From Adineta vaga (taxonomy: Eukaryota; Animalia; Rotifera), in NCBI GenBank assembly GCA_021613535.1, contig CP075494.1, forward strand, positions 2,790,001-2,854,000: 64,000 nucleotides of DNA, read 5' to 3'. Shown piece after piece: positions 13,871 through 28,120 of this stretch (the first letter of the stretch is position 1; the number at the start of each line of letters is the position of its first letter). The position numbers and the translations under genes were made by a program. Below the pieces are notes generated by a model. It was not told the origin of the DNA and did no database searches. It saw nothing but the letters and a program-made list of their open reading frames with translations.

Positions 13871-16800
13871 CTAATTTGTCGAACATTGACATGCATTGAA
13901 AAGAATATATACATTATTAGACACAAAATCAATACTAATTATATCATGACAAGTATCATTAATGAAAACATTTGTATTATTTGTATAAATGATTTGTGTT
14001 TGAAAATATCCATATCCATTTCCTAAAAGAGTATAGATCGTACCTGATGAAGGTATTCCAATAACGATATCTAAATGATTATCACCATTTAAATCATGTG
14101 TAATTATTGAACTTAACGAAACAGAAGATTCTGTAACAATTTGTTCATTAATATGAAACGAAGCATTATTATATCGATATAACATAGAGACAGTATTTTT
14201 CCAACTACGAAGAAAAACAATATCGGATTGATAATCATTATCAAAATCACCGGTTATCATTCGAGAGAAACTACTATCGAATGCAGTGAAGAACCATTTC
14301 TGTGATTGAAAAGTTCCATCAATATTTCTAAGAAATATACAAATATAAAGAGATCGATCATTGAATACAGCTATATCTAAATAAGTATCATTATTAAAAT
14401 CACCGATAACTAATTGTGTCGGATTAGTACGAAGTCCTATAAATAATGTTGATGGTGATGCAAATGTTCCATTACCATATCCAAAAAAGATGTAAATATT
14501 ATTATCATAGTCACCAACAACAATAATATCTAAATTATTATCATTGTCAAGATCGATTACTTTAATATCATTTGGATATGAGTTTATTGATAATGATTTA
14601 ATATTTTGTAGTTGATATGTTCCATCACCATTACCAAATAAAATTTTAATATTTCCTCCGTCCTTTCTTACAAGTCCTAGAATTAAATCTGCTCGACCAT
14701 CATTATTTATATCATTGGCAAAGATTTGGAATATTGTTGAATTGCTTTCGAACGAAAATGTCTTCTTTTTTTCAAATAATTCTGTGGAATTTTCAACTAA
14801 TACATACACCAACCTACCATTATTACAGGTAAAAACTAGATCACTTCGATTATTATTGTTTAAATCAGCAATCAGAGTTCGACCATAACTATTTGTTGAA
14901 CACGATGTATTTATTGATAATCGTTTGACTTTTAACTGACACGATGGTTCTAAAGAGAGAAATATTTCAATTCTGTAAAAGAGAAATGTGTATTTCATGA
15001 ACTAACTTTGTGTACTTGAAGATATTGATATTGTTGTGCTTATTGTTGAATTTAAACTTTTAATCGTTGATATATTTATCGTTGAATCTATTTCAATAAA
15101 CATTATCATTGGTGATTGTTAACATTATTCTTACCTTTTTGTCGTTGATAATATATTGAAAAAATAATAATACCTATTAATAAACATAACATTAATATAA
15201 TTAAAAATATTCTCTTGAAAAATGATCGGTTATGTGTAATAATATTGTTTCTAAATAGAAATATATTTTTATGATTTGAAAGAAAAAGAAAAATGTTTTA
15301 CTCAATGGTTATATTCTGGATATTTTTGTTAGTAGTTATAGTAGATGACCTTTCAAGAGACATAATAGAAATCATTCGTCTTCTTCGACTAGAATAGATC
15401 TTTAATCCAATTCGAACAAGTTTTGGACAAATCCATTTGAGAACAATTGTTAAACCACCTTGAAGACCAAAGATAAGAGTTGTCATATAGAGAATATCAA
15501 ATCTTTCAATACGAGTATATGAACACAATAAAGGTAAACATTGTTCATAATACGAAGAATAATTCAGTTCTATTAACTATTGTTCAATAAATAAATTATG
15601 CATAAGATCATTGTTTGTTGTATTTTGTGAAAAATAATTCGAAGTTATTAAAAGAGGAGGTGAAGAATTGTGATAATTTGTATATTGTTGAATAAGATCA
15701 AGACATGATTGATCATAGAAACATTCAAGAGTAGAAGCAAGAAATGATTCACCTGGTGTACAACCCATTTTCATACCTTTAATAGAAATCTTTTGACTAG
15801 AATTTGTTTCAATAAAAGTTGCTTGAATTGTACAATTTGGTGATAAACCACAGGAACATTGATCATCATAAATTAAAGCTTGTGCAAATCCAACAGCAAT
15901 AGAATAAAATCCAATCGATTTCAAATTGTATTCAAAATTTGTTCCATAAGTTGACATAAAAGCATTTCCATGAATAATATTTTGAGTAAAAAAGAGAAGA
16001 CGAGAAAATAAAACAGGTGCATTGGACTTACGTTGTTCAATTAAAATATTAAGACGATTATGAAATATATTTTCAGATAAAAGTTCACTACTAATTAATA
16101 ATGATGTAAGAAATTCATTAATAGAATTATTGACTGTTTTCATAGAAAGTTGACATAAACCTTGAAGATATTGTAAATGAGATGAAAGAAATCGACGATA
16201 ATCTCTTTGTTCATAAATTGATAAATTAGAAACAAGACCATTGATTAAATCAGTTCGCCATTGTTCGGAAACAAATTTACTTGAACAAATCTATAAGAAA
16301 GAATAAAAATATTTATTAAATAATGTTTATTTATTTTACTGAATGAAATATTGGTTGAATATTAACGAATTGTTGATATGTTGATGCTATTCTTGAACAT
16401 GAACATTGTAATTGTTCACCATAGATTTCTTTTAAATATTAATAATCAATAAAAGATGGTTGATCAAAATTTTTTGTCAATTGATGTGGTTGAATAATTG
16501 TATAAAAGATAAGAATAGTAATACAAACAATAAATAAAATAGTATAAAGACGAGTTGCCCATCGACCATAATATTTTGCTGTTACTCGATCAGCATCACT
16601 TCCAAGATCACGTGATGTAAAGATATTGAATTCAATTAATGTATTATGTAAAAATTGAACTGAATATTGTATCGTAATTCTCAATTGATCGATACAATTA
16701 CGATGAACTAGAATATATATATATATATTGATTTTTATTAAGCATTGAAATTTGATATTACCTTGTTCGGTTTGATTTGATTTTTTATTGAATATTGTCG

Positions 16801-19800
16801 TTAATTTTATAACGCACTTGACAAGATATGGTGTTAAAATACGTAAGGAAACAACAATTCCACCAATCATCGATGCCAATATTACAATTACTCCGAGAAA
16901 ATTTTGTTTGTGAATACTTAGAGAATAAGAACAAGATAATGGAGCACAAGATTCGTAGAATTGTTTATATGATGAAGAAGGATTCCATTGTTCAATCATT
17001 AATTCTTTGATAGTCATTGAAATCGATGTATTGGGAGGATAATGACTCATTGTTGGATCATAGATAAGAGGTTTTATACGATATAATGATGATGAAAGAG
17101 TTAATGAATCAGTATTTATTTTTGATATATAATTTAATAAAAATCGAAAACAATCAGAATCGTCATATAAACATTGAAGTGTTGATAATAAAAGCGAATC
17201 AAAAGGAGAACATCCTTCAATCCAACCAGATATATTATGATTATTAATAGAAATATTATCCTTGTCAACAATTGAATTGGCATCAGATATAACACCTAAT
17301 CTTTGACAATATGGATTTGTAGCACATACACAAATACTCAATTGTGTATTGACATCTTGAATACTGTTTAAAATAAATTTTACCTAAAAATTAACAAATA
17401 TTTACATTCAAATGTTAAATCATTTTCAGCAACAAACACATGAACGTACCTGTGCATTTTGATCATTGTTTGTTTCATTTGCTAATATGTCTATTACAAG
17501 GCCAAGATCCAAAGAATCCCCGTCAGATATTGCTGGTGCTCCAACATGAAATTGGTTAACTTGAAGAATAAGTTGTATAATGTCTTTCGTTAAATCAAAA
17601 TTATAAATTGTTGATTGATAAAATTGATTAAAATATGTTGATAATTGTGCATTAAAATCCATTTCATTGATTACAGAAGAAGAAATAAAGAATTGAGAAA
17701 GAAATTTATCAATAGCTGAATTAATCGTTTTATTAGCTAATTGACAAATATTAGATAAGATTCGAAATTGTATATATGCTTTATTACGCCAATCATAATC
17801 AACACCACCATTTCGACTATTCTTCATCACCACAGTAATCCAATCATTATGAACAAAACCACTTGAACATATCTGATGAAAAGTTGGAGAAAATGAAATA
17901 AATGTTCGATAAGATATTGTTTGATTTGTACATGGACATCGAAGTGTTGTCGAATAGATCATTTCTAACGAGTTATAAGTTGTCAATGACGGATTTGGGA
18001 CAGTCACTTTCACTATATCATTACTTAATGATGTGGAGAGACAAATGATCAATATTGATCCTAATTGAATTTAAAGAAAGAAATTTACATAAATTAGAAT
18101 ATATGCTATAAAATATTATATCTAAATTGAGGGTGTGGATGTACCAGGGATATCTATCCTCAAAAAAGCTGGCTGACAGAATTTTTCTTTAAAGAGCGCA
18201 CTCACACCGTAAAAAGGCCACTTATCATATCAAGAACAACGAATTTGAACATATTTATAGAAAAATGAGAATGACTTTACCAAATAATAAACTTAAATAA
18301 ATACGAGTAACAATTCTTTGCTGTTTGATATTCGCTTCTGTTCGTTCTTGAATGGTTTTGAATAAATTCAATTGTTTCATTGCTTGAACTGTTTTGAATT
18401 TATTCGTCTTTTGACGTCCTAGAAAATAAAAGACGTATATTTAACTGATAATCTTGTCTATTCTATTAAAAAACAAACTTACTCAAATTTCCAGTTGAAA
18501 GATATTTGAATTTGAAATAAGCATTTATTATATAAGATGAAACTAAACGAAGTATAATGATCAGACCACCATAAAGACTAATAAAAAGTGTTATTGCATA
18601 GATTAAATCTGCTCGATCTGTTCTTGTATAAGTACACATTAATGGTGAACATTGATCAAAATATATCGAATAATTTATAGTTGATGACCAATTTTTAAGA
18701 AAAAAATTCTGTACATAATCAAATACAGATTTATTATCTTGTTTTGAAGATAAAATCGAATTATTCCAATTGAAATTCGTCTAAACAAAAACAAATTATT
18801 GTCAATAGATTAAATGATACTATACAAACTTGAGTTAAATTTGGAAAATAATTCCATAACATTTGGATACATTCTATTTCATATAAACAATCCAATGTAC
18901 TTGCAAGTAGTGCATCAAGAGGAGTACATCCCATAAAGAAACCTTTGACAATTGTAGAATTCGGTATTGATGTAAATAATACTAATGTTAGAAGATCTCT
19001 TGAATCATTTGATAATGGAGGAAGAACAGCTGAAATAATTGGATTATCAGTGCCACATCTCAATAACGCTCCATTTTGATCAATAAATTCTGTTGGAGAG
19101 CCAACTGCTCCGATAGATACACCGTCTGAAATAATTGTTGCAATTCTCCAATTTGTACCAAGAGCAGAAACGAGATAGTTTCCGTCAGATGTTGTTCTCC
19201 AATAATTCAAAAATGAGATCATTCGATCAAATGCATTACTCTTTTCAAAGTCAATTGTATTATCAATTTGCATTTGAATTTGTTTACTTGAAAGAAGATT
19301 AATCGTAATAAATTCAGTATTATTAACATCGATTTCAATTTGAGATATCATTGATTGAGAAAGTGAACAAAATTTGGATAAAAGTTCAAACTAAATAAAA
19401 ATCAAATAAATATTTTTTATTGAATTTATCATCAGCGAGTCTAGAAGTTCGTAAAATGAAACAAATCTAAGTTAGATTCTTATTTACTTGTGAATAAGCT
19501 ATTTTTCTAAAATCCCATATTCCATATGAACTTGCATTTTTAAAATATAATCCTTCAATCCATTCTTTACTGATAAAAATACTTGAACAAACAGGATGAA
19601 GAGTAATATTATTCGAAAGAAATTTCTTATACGGTATTGTAATTGTTGAACATGGACATGAAAGAGTTTGATTATGTTCAAAATATAGTTGATTAAAAAT
19701 ATCAGGTGTTATATTCGATATAATAATTGTTTTTGATTCTGTTTTTCTCAAAGTTCCATAGAATAATACATAAAGACATACTAAAAGAAAGAATTCATTA

Positions 19801-20021
19801 TGATCATATGAGATAATATAAGTGGAAAACAGAAGATGTATAACATGATATTTACCTGCAAGAAGTATAACATACAACCAAGTTTTGTATTTTTGTTGTT
19901 TACGAACAATAAATGGATCTTCAATTCTATCATAGTCATGATAATCATTTTCTTCCAACATGAAAAGATTATAATTAGATACTTTTGTATAAATCCATTT
20001 AAAAAAACCTTGTATATTCAT
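13871..20021 (-). CDS. Large multi-exon, multi-pass membrane protein with three Cys-rich extracellular modules and C-terminal FG-GAP/VCBS repeats
   Basis: Co-directional ORFs linked by short introns. The module 'L.C[PS]C..I.I.Y..F......H.[VI]CSS.F....W...F.....C....GC.P..[SA].L.STL.C.Y...C...W....Y..[FY]..C.P..C.Y...GG' occurs 3 times. The last exon has 'D[LF]N.D...D[LI]...G.G.G.F' repeats. Not every exon boundary was verified. Confidence 0.75.
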
Positions 20022-22497
20022 TATGTTTGAATAAATCTTTCAAATACTTTAAAAATAATTGAAATGTTTTGCTCTAAAATAAATGATACCTTATTATAAA
20101 TTTGAAACAATGATATTCAAGAAAAAATCTTGTTCCATTCAGATATCAGCTCATTATATCCATGTGAAAATGAAACACAGGCTGGATTCGTTTAAACGCG
20201 TTTTAAGATATAGACAAAACTATCTGTTTAGTAGATACATCTAATTTCTATTTGAGAAAAAAATGCAGCCGATGGTTTAGAGGTGTTATTACGACGAGAT
20301 TTAACCGTTTTCTATAATGATAATAATAATCTCAGCGGTATTTTCTTTAAAAAGAAAAATTGTAGAGATAGAATTAAATGAAGAATATGGAATTTTTGGA
20401 AGAGAAAAAAACTCATCCTTTAAAAGTATTGTTTGAAAAAAAAAGAAAGTCATCGAAAGAAAATGGAAATCAGACAGATGGTTATTGATAAATATTATTC
20501 ACATAATTATAATTACTTCGAGACATTCGCATACCTTTTATTAATCTATCAGTCTTGAACAAAAACAAAATAGATTCTTATTCATTTTTTTATATTTAAC
20601 CAAAAGTTCAAGACTTTATCCTTTATACAAATAAAATACAATTTCACTGTATTAACTAATATTCATTTCCTTTCAATAAGTTCTAAAAGATAATCTTTAT
20701 AAAAAGAGATATCTAACTGATAGATAGATAAGCCAACATAGTTCATTGGTTCAAGTAAGTAGACATCTAATCAAATGTCCTATTCGTTGACTCTCCTGGA
20801 ATAGAAAAGTATTTTGTTTCGCAAAAAAATCTAAACGCGTTTGGATGCATGAATGATACCCATTTTAGTAAAAAAAAAAAGGTCCTTACGTAAGTTGTCA
20901 CTATTAGACACATTCTTACATAGTTCAAATACAAATAAAGATACGAACCTTAAGTTAATATATTTCGATTTGATGAATATAATGTTTTTGAAATCTGAAA
21001 AATGAAGAAATTTTAAGAAAAAAATCATAGAAGATTTCATCTAAAGAAAAATGAAAACTATTTTCCTGCCAATGTAATCAATGATAAAAAAGAAAATGAA
21101 TTTACAATTTAGTAAAATAAGAAAGAAAAATAAAAGTTATTAATTATTTATGTATAGAAATATTTCTTCGTCGATTGTCATATGACTCTCGATTTTGAAC
21201 CTCTGTTTGATTAACTAAATCATCTATATGATTTTCTTTCATAAGTATAATAAATGTTCTTAAAAATACAAAACAAGAACATCTGTATATTGACAAAAAC
21301 TTCAAGAAAATAGAAAAATTTTATATATTCGATTCGAATCTTGTTGAATTATAATCAGCTGAAATTCTCGATGAAATCCTATTTTACTTAATGAATTGTT
21401 GTTGTTGTTTTATTTTCAATAGAATTTCCATTCTGTGTGTATATCAATTACATAAAGTATTTTAACAATAAGAGAAAAAGTACATTTTTTTTCTAATTTC
21501 AATAAAACATCTGTTGTGTTCTTTCTCTCTTCATTTTATACTCTCAAATAATCAATCAATATCATTAAAATACTTTGCTTTGGTTTATTTGGAAAACTTT
21601 CATTACATAATTACGAAAGAAACTGATCATATCTCTCCGCATTCACATACTTTTATTTATGAAGAAAATTTTTGAAGAGTAAAAAGTAAACATCGCTTTA
21701 TATCATTTCTTTCGACATTTATCAGCAAAATATAAGATTATCAATTGAAGTTCAATTACTTCTTTCAACAAATGATTATTTTTTCTCGATATTTTAACAT
21801 AGAATATTCTTCAACAAAAATGTCTTCATTAAATCAAATTTACGGGATTAGAAATTTCATTAAGTCAAAAATATTCTTTTTATAATTGATGATGAATTAA
21901 CATTAACAAATACGTTGAATAAAAAGTTATTTTCATTTCTCTTTTCGATCAAAGGTAAATACTGGAGGGTGTGGTTGAGACTGTACAAGGACGCAAGTCA
22001 GTGTCTTTATCAACCTACACCCTCACTCTCATCCAGAACACAATGAAATAGAATAGTACTTGGTGGACGATGATCATGGTTGACACAGATAGCAGAAAAC
22101 ATTTATTGAAGCATATTGCTCTTTCTCTTTAGCTATAAGGATATTAGAGATTTTTCCAGATTTTTGTTTTCCGGATTTTTTCTTTTCCGGATTCCAAGAC
22201 ATATTCGAACTGAATATATAAATCTTTATTTTGATAATAAAAGATATGTTGTGTATCTCTCTACTAGATTTGCATTTTCAATGTATTCAAACGAGTGTTA
22301 AAAATGGTTTCTATAGTTATCTTTCAGAATAATTATTCAGGCATGATTTTTATTTTGCACTTTCATTTATCATTAGTAAGATTTGTCTCATTTGCTTCCT
22401 GTCATCGCAAAGAGAAAAATAAAATGAGAGAATGTTTTCTCTTTATATTCATTTTAACAAATTCTTGTCGACTCAAAGCTTAATATAAGAAGAAGTA

Positions 22498-23439
22498 ATG
22501 ATATCTAATACAGACAGGTTATATTCATTACTTATTTTACTTATTCCATCATTTTTTTGTTTATTATTCGTTCTTTATCATCTTCTTTTCGATCGGACAC
22601 TTCGTCATGCTCTTCATAATCATATTATAATCATTATTCTTTTCATTGATATGATTAGTCTAATGACAATATATCCATGGATGATCTATTATTATTATTA
22701 CGATGGTGTTTGGAAAAGATCATTATTATTTTGCGAAATTTGGACATTTCTTGATTGGGGATTCACTTTCACGCATACAATACTTTTCGCATGGGCAACA
22801 ATTGAAAGACATATTCTTATATTTCATGATCGATGGTTATCAACAAGAAAGAAACGTTTGTTTGTTCATTATCTACCAATTATTATTCTTTTTCTCTATT
22901 GTTTTATTTATTATTTCATAATTAATTTCTTTCCACCATGTGAAAATTTCGTTGTTGATTATCGGTCAATGTGTTCATCTCTATGTGTCTCGGATATATA
23001 TATAATTTCTATGTATGAGCTAATAGTTCATCAAATAGTTCCCATTTTTATCGTTCTTATATTTACTGCCGCCTTGTTCTTACGTATTTTATGGCAAAAT
23101 CATCGTGTCCATCGACACATTCAATGGCGAAAACAACGAAAAATGACAATCCAATTATTATCAATATCCATACTTTATCTTGTATTTTTACTTCCTTTCG
23201 CAATATCTGTTTTTCTTTATACATTTGTCTCGATATCTGTTGTCTCTTCTGAATATTTTTCGTATGTCTCCTTCTTTACTTATTGTCTTTTCCCCTTATT
23301 TCCTTTTGTTTCTGCTTTATCCTTATTCGAACTTCGGAAAAAACTCATGAAATTTTTACGTATACGACAAGAAGCAAGACGTGTTGGTCCTGATAGATTG
23401 CAAATGGGAACTATTATGATTACACAGAGACGAAATTAA
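22498..23439 (+). CDS. Rhodopsin-like 7TM GPCR (tandem copy 1), intronless
   Basis: 313-aa ORF, 'WATIERHILIF' (ERY/DRY-like), 7 hydrophobic segments. Confidence 0.9.
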   Translation: MISNTDRLYSLLILLIPSFFCLLFVLYHLLFDRTLRHALHNHIIIIILFIDMISLMTIYPWMIYYYYYDGVWKRSLLFCEIWTFLDWGFTFTHTILFAWATIERHILIFHDRWLSTRKKRLFVHYLPIIILFLYCFIYYFIINFFPPCENFVVDYRSMCSSLCVSDIYIISMYELIVHQIVPIFIVLIFTAALFLRILWQNHRVHRHIQWRKQRKMTIQLLSISILYLVFLLPFAISVFLYTFVSISVVSSEYFSYVSFFTYCLFPLFPFVSALSLFELRKKLMKFLRIRQEARRVGPDRLQMGTIMITQRRN

Positions 23440-24083
23440 TAAATATTTTTTATTGTAAAAATAAAATCAATGCTTTTAAAAAACAAAGGTTCAATTTATT
23501 AATGAAAAGAAATCAGCAGACTGAAGGAAATTCATTGAAAGCAATCTTTTTGTGATATTTGAAAGATTTAAATGAATACTATTAGGGAAAAATTTCTTGA
23601 GACTAAACAATTTCATAGTATATTTTTGTATCGTTAAAAGAAATAATATATATTCTCTTTCTCGTAGAGAAGAGTCCAGTAAACATTAATTGTCTGCTTG
23701 CTTGCTTGTATGTCTGCAGGGTCAAAAAAACATCGAAAATCGATTTTTCGGAAAAGACATTTCCAGAGGTATATCGATGCGGAGACTTCGAATCTGATGT
23801 TAGTTTTTTAAAATTTTTATAGAAAAAAATATTTTCTTTAATGTCTGGTGATGTAATAAGTAGTATTTTATTTTGCGAAATGAATTTTGAAGTGACGTCC
23901 ATTTACCTGACAACAAGACTGAGCTTCTTCCAGGTCTTTTACCTTTGATACCAAACATGCCTGTACTTCTTACTGATAATATCGCGTGTGAACTCGGATT
24001 ATCAAACGGTACTCAAGGAATTTTTCTAGAGCTCATATACGATGATCAAGAGAATTTAAATAATTTCAAAATTAATAGCGATG

Positions 24084-25647
24084 ATGTAGATGAAGTTGGC
24101 CACGGATTCGACTTTTTCTTAATAATATTCACCTGAGAAGGTGTGCCACCTGTCCTTTGTCGTGTGCCAGGTAGATCTCGATGAGCTCTATCCAAAAGTA
24201 TGATTACATTTTGTAACAACTTCACACAGTTGTCTACAGTCGTCAAAATGTATTTTTTCTCCATGGGGACAATTTCACAAAAATCATATTTCTTGAAAAT
24301 ATTCGCTCCCTTACTCTGCAACTCACAACAAATCATATATTTCGATGCATCTCGACGTGCTCTATCGAATGGTGTGTACCATTGCATCGTGTAAACAATA
24401 ATTTCAATGAAAATCGCCTAAAACCATCAAAAATCACCATTTTACCACATATTTCCTATATATATTCATTTCGCAATGTGTGCCACATCTAAAACCGATT
24501 TCATTCGACTCAGCGTGAAAAACTGGATCGAATGATGTATCATTGAATACATTTGAAATCATAAAATGGACCTAGAAGTTTTTCAAAACCTTTCATGTAC
24601 ATACCAATATCACTTATCCAACTTATAATTCACATATATAGATATATTCGATATAAACTTGGAAATTTCATCAAATATGAAATACTTCTATTATCTTCAA
24701 TAAAATTCTTTGTTAATTGTAATTGATAATTAGTATGGGAATGTACTAAACCATACCAGAAGGTGTTTAGAGCAATAAGTATTGAATCTTAGGTTCATGG
24801 CAGTTTTTCTTTTAGTATGTGTCAACGTTTGTATATGCATAAATATATTTCATTCAACGAATTTCATTTAGCTCTATCGATTAATATATCATACATCTAT
24901 ATTATTCATATTCTTTAAGTACTCATCCCTCAAAGCTTTCACCTGTGCATCTATGGTCTGGAGAAATAAAACTACATATTCATTGTAACACATGTGCCAG
25001 AACTGAAGCATGTACCATTCGATAGATCTCAGTTTGGCCTGTTGAATGAAGTATAATTCAGCCGTATTGGTATTACTTTTCTGGTAAAAAAATTTCAAAA
25101 ATGATCTAATGTGCTTGTTACAATGAATATACCTTCTCGATTCGTATTCAAATATGTGCCAATGTCAAAACATATGCCATTCGATAGATCTTAACTAGTT
25201 CTATCGAATGAGATACAATTCAGTATTATGTATTACCTTTTTAACTATGAAATCCGAATAATTCAATAAGGATATTTTCTGTCAGGCATCAATCTTATAT
25301 ATTGATGATAGGATATGTGCCAACGGTAATACATACAGCAATCAATAGCTCTACTTTAGTTCTATCAAATCAAATATAGATGAATGTTATTTGTATCATA
25401 TTTTCAATCTTTACTACGTACAAAATACAACCGCAGTGCTCGTGTGAAGAAATTGTATTTCCCTATTCACTGTCACACGTGTGCCACGGCCCGGATAGAT
25501 ACCATTTGACAGATTACTACTGTTAAAGCCATCGAGTGATATATAACTCAGTGTTATATATGATATCTTTGATCAGCAGCATTTGAAAAAGATAACAAAT
25601 ATCTTTCATATCAACTGTTTGCATTCCTGATTCGTATTCAAATATGT
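24084..25647 (+). repeat. Left TIR (1,564 bp)
   Basis: Reverse complement of 35880-37443. Paired coordinates sum to 61527 wherever checked, e.g. identical mirror ORFs 24889..25098 and 36429..36638. Confidence 0.92.
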
Positions 25648-27110
25648 TCCAATGTTCATATGAGTACCATTCGATATATCTCGTTTATTCCTAACAAACG
25701 AGGTATAATTAAATATTATGTGCATTATCTTTTTAACTGTTCTACTTTTCAGGTAAGAAATATGTATTTATTATCAAAATTTATACAAAGATTTACTTTC
25801 AGGCACATACTATGTTTGAAACACATACACTATCGATCCATCTCACGTAGTTCTGTCGAATGAAGCGTAATTCAACGTGAGTCATATCGCTTTTTCACCT
25901 ATATTATCTCAAAACGATGACAGATTGGCTTGCTGTTATGAGCTTAATTCATAGATTCATCTTGACAAACATGCCAGCAATTGTACGTATATTATCTCAT
26001 AGATTTCATTGAGCTCTATCAAATAACATATATTTTTACACTAGCTCTGTTAACTTTTGATCGATTGCATGCAAAGAAAACAATATGTATGTTTCCCATC
26101 GAGACATTACTTTATCAATTGATCTTCAAATATGTGCCAAGGTGCAGAGATCTGTCATTGAATAGATCTCACTCAGTTCAATTGAATGAGGTATGATTCA
26201 CGGTAGTCTGTGTTACTTTTCGGCATGAAATGTACCCGAAACTTCAATAATTGTGTTTGTACTTGAGTTTCTCTTCCAGATTCATATAAGAGTATGTGCC
26301 AATGTTGAAATACGCATCAGTCGATAGGTTTCATTCAGTTCCACTGAAAGAGGTATAATTTATTTATATATGTACAACTTTTGAAACGATATATTGTGAA
26401 AAACTCATTAGATACGAGTGCTATTAGACATTTTACTCCTAAAAATTCGTTTTTACATTTGTGCCAAAGTTGAAACATATGCCAATTGATAGATCTTAGT
26501 CTTCTGCATTGTATGAGCTGTGATTGAGGGTTGTCTGCATTGTCGTTTTAGCAATAGCACCTCAAAAACTGAACACATATACTTGATATCGAGTATTTAC
26601 TCTTTTTTTTATTCATGTTAACGTATTTGCCAAAATTGACACATACATCGCTGGATAGATCTCGGTTTGTTCTATTAAATGAGGTATATTTTAGTCTTGT
26701 TGGTGTTACTTTTTGGATGGTAATATATAAAAAATACACTATGTATTAATTTTAACTAGAATATGCATTCGAGATTTCTGTAAAAGTATGTGCCAAGACT
26801 AATATCTTTACTATTCGATAGATTCCATCCATCTCTATTCAAAAAGGTATTATTAAATGTTATTTGTTTTGTTTTTCAGCAATAATATTCCAAAAACTCA
26901 ATATGTGTGCTAATTATCGACGATTTATCTTTATTTTATTGAATTTCAGTGATGCGCCAATGTTGATACATATACTGATTGATAGTGCTTGTCTGTATCT
27001 GTCGAATGAGCTATAAATAAATGTTTGTTTAATCACCTTTGGAACTATGGCATACCGAGAAATGGACAAGGTTAACTGCAATGAAATTGTGAAATGTGAA
27101 TAGTTTTATT
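24140..27110 (+). repeat. Left-arm degenerate tandem array, ~163-bp period
   Basis: TGTGCC(A) recurs at ~24993, 25155, 25315, 25480, 25643, 25970, 26131, 26294, 26460, 26626, 26789 and 26952. Each is followed by a CATTCGATAGATCTC...TTCTATCGAATG-type palindrome. Confidence 0.85.
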
Positions 27111-27724
27111 TCATCAGAAAAGTTTTGAGCTACATACTCATTTAAAAAGATATGTCATTGATGAATTGCATTTTATCTGACGAATATCATTGAGTTGTGT
27201 AAATAATATATAGTATATCATTATCTTAACTATCTAGAAATATTGTTATGGGTAAAATGGAATTGATGAATACTCAACAGAAATATCAGATGTATTTTGG
27301 TTTGATTGAACAGGTATAAATTGTTATTGAAAGTATAAGCTACAGATTAATCCGAAAAGCTGTACTAATGATCAAATAAATATAATTAAAAGGATTTCAG
27401 CTAATTCTATTTGTCGGATAGAAACCTTATTTTATTAAAAAAAGAGTTTACGACAAGATACAACTCATTAATGATAACTTAGGTACAAACGTGTGTCATT
27501 ATATATTTAATAAAAAATCATAATATTATAGATTTGAATGGTCTGTAATATCAATTAAATTATTTCTTTTATTAGTTTGTTCTTTCCTTGCATTTTTTGT
27601 TACCTAATCCAGTATGGAAGATATATATTTCATTTCACACGTGTCTTTTATCAACAACGTTGAATATTTGTTATGAGAAAAATTTGAATTTCTTCAATAG
27701 ACGTTGCACGTGACACGTTGTATG

Positions 27725-27744
27725 TATATATATATATATATATA
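27725..27744. repeat. (TA)n microsatellite upstream of the transposase
   Basis: About 10 TA units. Confidence 0.8.
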
Positions 27745-28120
27745 GGTAAATACGTTATATAAATTTTCAAATAAGATTATAACGATCATATGCTTGATGA
27801 AAGAAGGTTTATTCATTACTTAAAAAGATGATATTAGAATCGAATTATTAATTTATTTTTATTATAAAATATAAAAAAGAAAATGATAGTATTTTTATCT
27901 AATTTTAAAGTCGAAAATCTTATTATCTTTTACAAAAATATTCAAAAGGTAGATAATTATGAATTATTGATATCTATTGAAAATATTATTCATTGTTTTT
28001 ATCTCGTTTTAGATTAGTACATAGCATTATCTGTCAGGAAGAAACTGATATTATTTATCTGCTAGATTATTGAGCTATATATGTTGGATTAATATAGCTT
28101 TTTTTATCTTCATTTTAGAT

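Noticed and set aside
24046-26739. Short ORFs in the left TIR/array and their mirror copies at 33280-37463
   Set aside because: They are by-products of repeat sequence, with no domain motifs; the duplication is explained by TIR symmetry.
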